From NCBI GenBank assembly GCA_050575255.1, contig JBNZDD010013700.1, positions 6,189,396 to 6,253,395 of the forward strand: a DNA stretch of 64,000 nucleotides, written 5' to 3'. Positions 41,065 to 52,200 of the stretch are shown piece by piece; position 1 is the stretch's first letter; the number at the start of each line of letters is the position of its first letter. This stretch comes from Harriotta raleighana (lineage: Eukaryota). The translations under genes were made by a program, and so were the position numbers. Below the pieces are notes generated by a model. That model saw only the letters and a program-made list of their open reading frames with translations, was not told where the DNA came from and did not search any database.

Positions 41065-41548
41065 TGTAATATAACCACAGGATGGCTCAAAGGGCAATGG
41101 AGAGGTAGAAACAGACGCAGTCATCAGGATGCGGTTGAACACTGTTCGCTTTATTAATACCAATCACAAACACACACATGTAAGATCTGCATGTAACAAC
41201 ACATATTCCAGCAAAACAAGTTCTGTCATATGAAGAATTACACAGAATTACACAGCCAGCCAAGAAAGACCATCAATGCCCTCTACTCTGATTCCAGCAA
41301 TTGTATTTTACAAACTATTTTCTTGAAGGGAATAGGCCATGTAGACCTATGCCGAAAGGAGAAGCACTAGATGAATAATCAATGACCAACTGAACTGGCC
41401 TCATCCCTGAATGGCAGTGATTATCTGTCTTGGCTGAAACTTTGGGATAAATGTTATCTTAGAACTTTCCAGGATTCCGGAAAATAGTTAAATCTGCTGG
41501 GTCAGCCATCATCTTGGGCAAGGAGGAACTTCCTGCAGATATGTTATA
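41065..41548 (-). mobile_element. Possible old solo LTR
   Basis: Imperfect inverted ends TGTAATATA...TATGTTATA, about 480 bp long, with minus-strand AATAAA at 41150-41155. No clean TSD. Confidence 0.35.
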
Positions 41549-42280
41549 ATTGAACAATCTAATCAATAATCTAATCAACCAAATAATTTATGTCTATAAA
41601 ATCTTCCTTCATGCAATGTCCTGTTATGATCAATTCATACTCGATTAATAGGAATTCATTTACAAAGCAAAAAACGATGAAATGGAATCAAACCAATTTT
41701 GGTTTGAGTCCTGGATTCTCAACCAATCAAATTCTCATCAAAATTACAAAAAAAAGTATCGTAGATACATACACAATACGGATACTCTGACTATCTCTTC
41801 TTGGAGTGTCATTTAGATTCTCAGTAATTTGTACCACAGCAGAAAAAAGCAATCAATGAGTTTTCCGGTGTCGCGAGTTAGGCATAGGTCCTCTTGAACT
41901 ACAAGAGTTTGCTGTGATCAGTGCAGACACTTGGCAGAGATTGGACACGCATTCTCAGATGCATCTTACAGGCCTCTAGTCTATTGGAAGGCCGGACTGT
42001 GGCCTCCTGCTCTATCTTATAAGTACTTGCAAGAATTTCTAGCATGAGTCTAGTTATGTGCTAAGCTGAGTGATAAGTAAAACAGAATCCCTTTATCAAC
42101 ATTTTGCATAGTAAGTGACCATGAAACTGACAACATGGGCACTCAAGTGGTAGTGACAAATTAAACTAGGGTAGAGTTATTAAGCATTAACTATATTTAC
42201 TACCATCTATGTTATTCCCAGTACAAGGCTCAGCAGATTGGTACCATTTAATATACTGTTTTGCGATTTGAAGTTGTGGG

Positions 42281-43251
42281 TCAAGGAGATGAGGCCATTG
42301 GTATAGACCAGATGGATAGATTGTCAGTAGGAGGAAGTTGATTATTATGAAGGTAATGATCACGTACACTTTTCATAAACTCATTGGCAGTGTTGCTTTC
42401 TTTCTTGAAGCAAATGATGTAGCATTTTGGAAGGAAATGGCAACATAAAATGCCATAGTTTGATGCCAAAATGGCAGCAATTTCAACTGCCGGGAGATAT
42501 TGACCTTCGATGTTAAGGTACACAATCACAAATGCCAACCATACAATGAAGTAGATAAGCATGCTGAATGTGATAAACCTGGCCTCATTATATGTGCAGG
42601 GCAGCTTTCTCCCCACGAAAGCAAGTGTAAAGCAAAAAATGGCAAGTAGAGCAATATATCCCAGCATCACACCAAAGGCAACATTGGAGCCTTCATCACA
42701 GAGTAGCAGAATGATTCTTGGTTTGTCATAATTTTTCGAAAAATGTGGAGGTTTAATTACTAACCAAATTGTACAAATAATCATTTGAATTCCAGTGCAG
42801 ATTATCAGAATTAATTTGGGTTGATATAATTTTTTCATTTGTTCATGGACAACCGGGTCAAATTTAAATGCCAAATTGATCCTAAAGGATTTGATCAAGA
42901 TCCATGATACACAAACAGTGAAGCTTATGCCAAAAAAAGGCTGCCTAATCATGCACGTGAAGTTTTCTGGCCGACCAATAAAAAATCCAGTACTGGCAAA
43001 GCTGAGGATGAGCGAAAATAGAATTAAATAACAGAGAGAACCTCCAGCAGCCTTTACCACTGGTGTGCTCCGACTCAGGATGAAAATGATCATGATTACA
43101 ACTATCAAAATGATTCCCAAAGCGGCGAAAAGTGTCAGTGCAATCGCAAAACCATTGTTCCATCTAAGGAATTCGATCTTTCTGTCATTGCATTTTGAGC
43201 TTCCACTCGGAGACCATTGATTATCTAAGCATTTAAAACAAGTATTTGTAT
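42281..43251 (-). CDS. GPRC6A-like: GPRC6A-like exon 6 (end of Cys-rich domain, 7TM, C-tail)
   Basis: Acceptor ttacag|AT. Reads TNTCFKC...TPVVKAAGG...[19 protein letters not shown]...PKCY. Stop TGA at 42283-42281. Confidence 0.95.
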
Positions 43252-46200
43252 CTGTAATAGGAAGAAAAATGAATTCAGATTTGATAAATAAAAACATGGG
43301 AACAAAAGATAAATATTTAGCCCATCAAGTTGGTTCTGCCAGTTTATTAAATTGTACTAGATTTTAAAAATCCCACTTCCCTGTCTTGTCTCATACCCAT
43401 TAAAAACTTTCCTTCTCAAGTATCTAGGTCCCTTTTAAACATCCAAATTAATTCTGTTTTTGTGTTTGTTTGGGCAGAACATTTCATGCGTACACAACCA
43501 GAACTTTCAGTTTAAAGCAGTACTTTCTAATTTTCCTGATAAGAATAATAATCCTTGCATTTGATATAGTCCCTCCACCCTCCCCATCCCCAACCCCAGT
43601 TTGGGTCTAAAACAATGACGCCTTGGATATCTTCCTGACATGAAGGGCGCTATACAAGTGTAAATTTGTTGTTGTTGCTCTAGACATCTCAAACCACTTC
43701 ACTGCAAAGTGAATTGACTATATTTTGCGACTAAAACACAGCAACCAATGGCACACAGCAATGTTCAACAAACAGTCGTGGATTGAATGTCCAAATTTTT
43801 CTTTATTTATTCATCCATTCATTTATTTTTGAAGGAATTATTACCCTTGGAAAAAAATATGTTGAACAATAACAACCAGGTTCCTAGTTATTACTGGGTA
43901 AACAGAGGCATGGTAAGGAAGGAAACTTGCCTAAGATTTTGCTCTGCCCAGGAATCAAACCCATGTCCTCTCATTTGTGAGGCAAATGCTCTAACCACTA
44001 TGCTGCAGGACTCTACATGGTCTAACATTTTACATGTTATTTTTAGATTATGTTTCTTCATTTTGTGGTAATAGTCGCTCACTACCTATCTGTCAATTCT
44101 CTTCATTATTTTAAACTGATCTGAAAAGGAACTGTCAAAATTGTGCTATTTGCTTAATGTTGCCATAGTCTGATCAAACATATTGTTTAGGTTCTATTTG
44201 CCTGTTCAGGTTGACGTTAAAGATCCCAGGCCACAATTTGAAAAGAGAGGAGAGTGTCTTCTGGTGTCCTGGCTCACTATCCCCCTGACCAAAGAAAAGT
44301 GATTCATTTTATGGCTGTTTGTGTGACATTGCTGTGTGCAAACTGACTGCCACATCCACCTACAAAATACACAGTCACTAAACTTTACAGTAAAATCCTT
44401 TGATGCACTTTAAAAGCACTTTAAGATGTGTTGACCAACATAATAAAGTTGTCAAACTACATAAAAATATAGGGATAATCATTATTGCATTTTGGCATGT
44501 CTTATCACCTTTTGATGTCACATAATTAATCATTGATACTTACCCGAATTTTGGGAGTAGAAGCCCTCTGAACAGTTTTCACACTCATAGCAACAGATGG
44601 GTAAGGTATTATTTTGAATCTTCCGTTGTCCAAGTTTGCAGGATTGGGAACAGATGGAAATTATGTTCTAGGAAGAAGATAATTAAAGCATGATTTATTC
44701 TATAATACAAATATCCCATTTTCATAAGACGTGGCTAGCCTTTGTCAGGGTTACATACTTTCGAGATGAAAATTGTGTTATGTTAGTTATCAATAATATT
44801 GTACTACTACATAATATATTGTTAAGAAATAAATGTGATCAGTCAATAATTAATGCATTAAATGGTCCATTGGTGATCTCCCTCCCCACTAAAGCAGAAT
44901 TCAAAAAGAGTTATCTCAGAGGAGATCTTATAGAGGCATACGCACCCATGTTGCATCCCCATGATGAAATGTGATAAAATAAAGCCAAGAACAATACATT
45001 ACTACCAATATGCAATGGGAGCAGAACAAAAGGTCGCAAGTTAAAACTTTCACATCGGGAGGATGTCCCAAGGCACTGAATAGTCAGGAGTCAGAACCAG
45101 AGCATCAGTGCTGTGTGGGGGGGCTGACAGGATTGGGATGATGAAGGGCAGAGTGGTAGAGGGTAACTGAAGGCACGGTCAAAGAGGAGGGTCTTTAAGG
45201 AGACTGGTCTTGAAGGAATAAGTAGGGAGGGTAGTAGAGGCCAGAATGATGGGCCTATTTAAGAAACACGCCCTACTCTAATGGGAGATTTGTAAGATTG
45301 GAATTCAGTAAGGATGAGCTGAAATAAGCAGAAGAACCTTCTTCAATTGAAAGCCTCTTGTGATTTTGTGATGGAAAGCGGTTATCTTACAGTATTGTCT
45401 TGTAAATGCATGTATAAATGAACTGTGTGTGTTAGAATAACAGAAAATATATAATCACCTCCAAAGTGCTGCTGAAATGTTGGTTAAAAATATGTATCTT
45501 CTTATCCAAAATGTCGTATTCTCCTACAGTTTTGAAGTTTGGGATGCCATTGGCCATCTCCCAGTTTATTAAATCATATCCATTCATTGAATCTCCAAAT
45601 CTATCAAAATAAAAATCTTTTGCACTTTCAGGGAATTTAACCATTCGCAGTTCTTCAAGTAGCTGCAACCAAAAAATACTGATCACAAGCTGAACAAACA
45701 TACACCAAAATATCACATTGAAATATTAAAAAGCAAATCAGCTCATCCTTAGCTTGTTCATCAAGCAGTAAGCATCACTTGAAGAAACATAATCTTTAAA
45801 TTACAAATTCAATCAATTGTTTATTAATTATTAACATAATCATTCATTTTCTAATTCTCTCAACTGGGCCAATTTGCCTTCTTTGACATTTATATTTTAC
45901 TCTCTCTTGGAGATGTAGGCAACATGGAGTCTTTTGCCAGCATTTATTGCCCATCTCTAGTTGCTCTGAAGAGGTGATGGTGCATCTACCCTTTAAGCTA
46001 CTGCTCAACTGGGGACAATGATGCTCCCACTATATCACTCAATCAGGACCACTCTTGCCTCTGTCAGAATACTGTAGGTTCATCAGACAATTAAATAGTC
46101 TAAAAGATTTAATATTCTTTTAAATATTATTTTAGAGTGCCCAAGTCTGCAGCCACATTAATTATTTAAATTGTTCCCTATGCAAATCTTTACTTCTTAT

Positions 46201-49200
46201 AACTAAAATGAAGTGTTACTTTTAATAGCTCATCAAACAATAAGTGTTAAATTAACAAAATTAAAATGGTTTTAGAGAATTCTGAGCAGAAGCATTCATA
46301 ATAAATTGATTACAGTAATTGCTAACTTTGAGTCATAGGATGCTCCATCATAGACATACAATGTGATGAATTTAGACAAACTTATGTAAATCACTTTCCC
46401 TTTCTCTGCTAAGCAGCTCCTTTAAGGAACGTGCATTCTGATGATGTGAAGGTGCTCTAGAATGTAATTTTGTTGTTGTTGCCATCTGATCTGAAACCAC
46501 ATTAAAGAAGTCCAAAGTGTTTTGTTGAGATTTGGAACAAAACAAATAATATGGTGCTTTCTGATTACTTTATCTGTGTAATGAACCAATGGCCTAAATT
46601 AACCAATGTCTTTAAAGTCTCCGAACTGCCAGTACCAGCTACTCGGGACAACTTCCTGATATGAAAGGCACTCTACAAATGTAATTTTGTTGTTGTTGTG
46701 TTGTTATTGAGCCTGTGGTTCGGGAAAAAATGCCCTGAAAGTCTAGTCCAGTGGTTCCTGACCCAAATCAGGGGGCCCTCAATAGGGTCACGAAGAACCA
46801 TCAGTTATAACAATCAATTTAACATGAAGAAGATTGATTTTTCTGATGACTATAACAGGGAACATGTACCAGAATATGCATCGGTGTGCAAATTCTTTGG
46901 AATTCCAGGGGCATTTGAGAATTAGTTTATATTTAAATAACTAATTGTTTTTTAAAATGTAAAGTAAACATAACTAATTACCTGCCATGGTGCAAAACTG
47001 AATGTTCTTTGACATGTTCCTTCTTGACATTTGAGGACCTTCTTTATAGCGTAAGCTATTGTTGTGACTGCCAAGTATGTTGCGTAAGTGCCACTTAACT
47101 CAACATTTCTAACTAAAAAATCATCATCAATCTCTGTGAACAGTTCATTTCTTTTGATGCAAGCACGAGGTGACAATAGTTTCAGGGAGTTTGGCAGTGT
47201 GCATTTCTGTGAGTTTGAATTGCAGGTCTCATTGTACCTGATATATTCATCTGAACAATTGAAACGCAGCTTCCTGTATTCTTCAAGAAACTTGTTTATG
47301 GTTCCTGGAGCAGTCCTTAACTTATTTAAATGCTCCAGAAAACCTGGAATGTTTCCATTTTTGAAGGAAGTACCAAATATCTTTCCAACCTTTTGAATAT
47401 TCGCCATGCTGGAGACTTCACGTGAAACAGACCAGGCATCAGTGGCAATCCATGTTCTGGTGAGATTGTGTTCTATTACTTGAGTGAACAATTTAATGAT
47501 AAGTGGTATTTTAACAAACATAACAATAACATTTACATTTGAGGTATTTTTAATTTTGGAGACTATTGCTTGTATTTTGTCACTGGTTGTTTCATCACCT
47601 ACATAAGATGGAATCAGTTCTTTCAGACCGAAACATATGTTAAGGTTTTGTGCTTTCCCGACAAAGCTTTCCATTGCAGACCGGCCATAGTCATCATCTG
47701 TCGCGATGATCCCAATCCAGTTCCAATCAAAGTTGCTGATGAGACGTGCCAAGGCCTCCGTTTGGTGGATGTCACTGGGAACTGTCCGGAAGAATGCAGG
47801 AAATCTCACCTTGTCACTGAGGATTGCAGCAGATGATGCATAACTAACCTGCCAACACATTCAGAATAAAAGCTAATTTGTTTAGTCAAGAATGTTTGTG
47901 ACTATTATATTCAGCAAAGATATTAATCACTTATCTACTATTAACATCATTGACTATACCTGCCTGTAAAGGTGGACATAAAATCTTGCATTCAAATAGG
48001 AAAATAAATTTCTCTAAATGTCCTTGTCAATAATTGACTACAGTTAACCATCGTCGAACGTGACTTTATCGATTGCGAATTCAAGTATATGTGATGAAAC
48101 AAAAGCATCACTTTTTTGTGCAGCACGCATAAAACTTGTGTATACGTGCTAGCTGGCCCCCGCACGCATGCGCACGGGTGAGGACGCCAATAGCTCCCGA
48201 CTGAATCTGAGGATTCCTCGGCTGGCTGGTCCCACGTGCATGCGCACTTTTGACGAGGCTGGCAGTTCCCGACTAAAGCTGATGATTCCTTGGCTGGCTG
48301 GCCCTGCACGAAATACATTATTTTGTAAATCAATCAATCCAAAATTACATTTATAAATACAATAACTCTTCGGCCTCATAGCATCTTATGGCACTGCATG
48401 ATGAACAGAAAAAGATAAAGAGAGAAAGAGAGCCTCCTATAATAATTAACCTAGCTGTTGTTTTATTGCTTTATTGCTTTTTTATTATTGCTTTACTGCT
48501 TTGTTATCGCTTCATAGCAATAAATAAAGGCTGTAAACTTTCTGCATCTCCCGTCCTGTCTGCCTGCAGCTCTCTGCTGCCTGCCCGCCCCCGAGCAGCT
48601 CTCTGCTCCCCACCTTCCCCCCGTTCCGAGCAGCTCTCTAATCCCCAGCTCCCCGAGTCCTCCCCTCACCCCCAAGGGGCTCTCTGCTGCCCCACCCCCA
48701 CCTCCGAGTTGCTCTCTGCTCCCCACCTCCCGCCCGCCCCCAAGCGGCTCTCTACTCCCCGCGCCTCCAAGCGGCTCTCTGCCTCCTGCCTGCCCCCGAG
48801 TCCCTCCCACCCCCAAGCGGCTCTCTGCTCCCCCCCCCCACCTCCGAATGGCTCTCTTCCCCATCTCCCCCCCTCCCCTGAGCGGCTCTCTGTTCGGTCC
48901 CACCCCCCTGCCACCCACCGCTCTCCCTGATTTCTCTGCCTCCCTCCCAAGCTTCCCCTGATTTGCTCATTTCCCGGGTGGTAGGAGCGATGAGAGCTGG
49001 GGAGAGGGGGTGGAGTGAGGAGCGGGCCAGCCAGCTCTAGCCCGCCTCAGTACTTATCTTGTGTTCCGATATCCCTGAGGATTGATGCAGGTAGCCTGTG
49101 ACTGGATTCCCATAACCCTCCTTTTCCCATTACTTCTTAAACTTCTCCAACACGATTTCGTTGAGTGCGCAGTTTTTCAGGAATATAACCCCCACGATCG

Positions 49201-52200
49201 ATGAGGGTTAACTGTATAACCAATTGATTTCTCATCTTATGTCTGTTTGTAGCACCATACAGTGTGCAAAATTTAAGTCTGGCTGAACCTAGGTGAAGGT
49301 AACACTTTACAGTAATTCACTTACTTGAGGCATGAGGAATAAGTTGAATATCCTTGCAATTGAAATTGAAAGTTCAGAGTAGTGTTCCCCAACAACAGCT
49401 TTTACCATGGGTTGGTAATTTGTATAATTGCATTGAACATCAAGGCAGCTCCCTGAAGAATTTGAAGCTGAAAGAAATCTCATTGACCCTGTTATAGCCC
49501 TGGAAGTGTCTGCACAGGTGTCATATATTTCATATCCAAGCTTGATACCAGGCAATAGGGTGTAATTCCTGTTTATCCGCTGAATGGTGTGTATCATGGC
49601 CTCTGCTTCGAGAAACCCTTGAAGGTTAAATCTATATTAAAAAAAAGAAATCAACAATATATTATTTAACATTTTCATTGCTTTTCAATTTTTTTAATAT
49701 TCGTATTTAAAAAAGCATTACAGAGCATAATGTATTATTTCGAATTGGATTCTGTTCTTTAATTACCATCAGTAATAATTAAAAAATACAGTAATAATAT
49801 TGTGGTTAAATCAAGTATTTAAAATATGAGCCTGTCTTTGGGTTTCCAAATGAACCAACCCGCAACTTCTGGAGATTTCTTCCACAGAATTTTCACTTTC
49901 ACTTAACTTTCACTTTTCAAACAGTGACCATGTATTTTTTTACTTTGTGAACCATAACCATTTCATTCTCAATGAATGGAACAACCTTTTAACTTTAACT
50001 ATTGCTACTTTTTAGATGGTATGTCGCAAAGCATCACTACATCAATTTTTCTAGCAATTGAATTCAAGATCCCTGCTCGCATGTATTTTTTTTAAAAATC
50101 GAGCAACATTGTGAATCTGATGCCTGGAAACACTAATATTACACTTTCTATATATGTACTATGATAATTGTTCAGTGAAAAATTAAGATAACAAGGAAGC
50201 ATAGAATGCTAAAAGGCCCTACTGTCCATCCAGTTCATGTTGCTACCATTCACATCCATACTGCCCTCTCTCTCAGGTTTTTTGAAAAGAAGTAACTAAC
50301 ACAGAATGAACTGCACCAGTTAGTTGGTTAGTCTGTTACACACATAACATAATATTTGGATTAAAAACATTCATTTTATTCTCTTGCTTTCCATCAGGCT
50401 AGTAAACTTTAAATCTGTCAACTAGCTCTTTACTCACATGCTATGCAAGTTTACTTATATTTGCATCTATCAATATTTGAAAGACCTCAGTCATGATCTT
50501 GCACCACCCTAGTTCTGCGAAATTCTAAAACCCTACCTACCTGCCCCCCACGGCCCTCTCCCTCCACTCAGCTGGTACTGATCTGGTTACCCTATTATCG
50601 GCAACATTGTTCCTGCCTTGCCTCCCACTGTGTGGAACTCCATCCTAGAGTCCCTTTGTCTCATCCCTTCCCTCACTTCCTTCAAGGTCCATCTCAAGAA
50701 TTTCCTCTTTCACCACACCTTTGGTCATTTTACCCCGCTCTCAGCCCTTTGACCCCCCATCCCTCCCAAATCCATGTACCCAACTCGGGGTGGAAAGGGA
50801 TTTGGGACATCCTCCCAATTTACAATATATTTTATCAATGCATACCCTGGAAACTTCTTATTAGTTAATTTAAGGCTCTACAACTGAGAATTATTTGTGG
50901 ACACTGCTGTGTGGATGCCATGTTTTGCCCACAAATATACCCTCAACTCACTTTACAATATATATTATTTAAAAAAATGTAATTTGTTGTTGTATTCTGT
51001 GAAGCATTTTGAGATGTCTAGAAAACATGAAACGCATAGCATCAAATGCAAGGATTATTATTATTCTCCAAAACATACACAGCCTCAATAGTGATCTATA
51101 TCAGGTTACATAATTTCTTTCCAGTTACAGGATTCTCAAATGTCCTTGAATTGTAGGGCAGTATTTGACGAAGTTCTTTGTTAGTTCTGACGAAGGGTTG
51201 TGGATCCGAAATGTTGACTCACTGTTCCTTTCTCTATAGATGATGCTTGACCTGCTGAGTGTTCCCAGCAACTTCTGTTTTTGTTTCAGCTTTCCAGCAT
51301 CTGCAGTATTTAGTGTTTTTTTCGTGGGTGGGGAAGTATTTGATTTGTTTTGTTGATAACAGTTTTGCATTGACTGGTCATGTTTAGTTAATGATTGATA
51401 ATTATAATAATCATCCATGCAATTGATATAATATCTTATCATTATAGAAATATCAGAATATACTGTGAAGTGAATTGATTGTATATTTTGTGAGTGAAAA
51501 TCACCCTCAAACCTGTTTCCTTCTCCTCCAACAACAACAGGCAATATTTTATTGTGAACAAACAAAAGTCATACTGATAGTGTTTTGGGAAAGCAAACCA
51601 TATAGACTAAAACCACTAACTGTATGTTAACCCTAAGGATGGAATTTCCATTATCTTTCTCTCACAAGTCTCAGATCACTCACTTCCTGCTCAGTGAGTT
51701 TACTTTATTGCCTAAAGAAAAATACTTGGTTGTGGTGTGATGCACCTTGTATCCCAATGTGTTTTTTCTCAGCATTACGGCACCATTTAAAAGCAGAATC
51801 CATCATTTTAGTTTATGTTTTTTCTATTAAACCACCACATACTGTGGCCACGTTTGTGGGTTAGGTTGAGAATGTGCACATATACTAATGGATTTACAGA
51901 AGGTAGCCATATGTCATGACAATAAAATACCAGGTTACAAAATTGCCAGTAATTATTTTCATTGTATGTTTACATTTTCAAATGATTAATGCAACCAGTA
52001 GATTTAAAAAGGAATTTAGGTGGAACTACATGGAGAGATTAGTGACATTGTGGAACTCACTGCCTGAAGTAGTAGTTGAATCAGATACAATAGATATATT
52101 CAAGAAGAAGATAAGAGGTTCTCATGAGGGAAAGGGAGATAGAAGGATTTGGGTAACAGATGGGTGAAGACTCATGTGGAGTATAAACAGTGGCATAGAC

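Noticed and set aside
48388-48970. Pro-rich and Gly-rich ORFs (180, 141 aa)
   Set aside because: These are stop-poor translations of a GC-rich minisatellite inside a TIR element.
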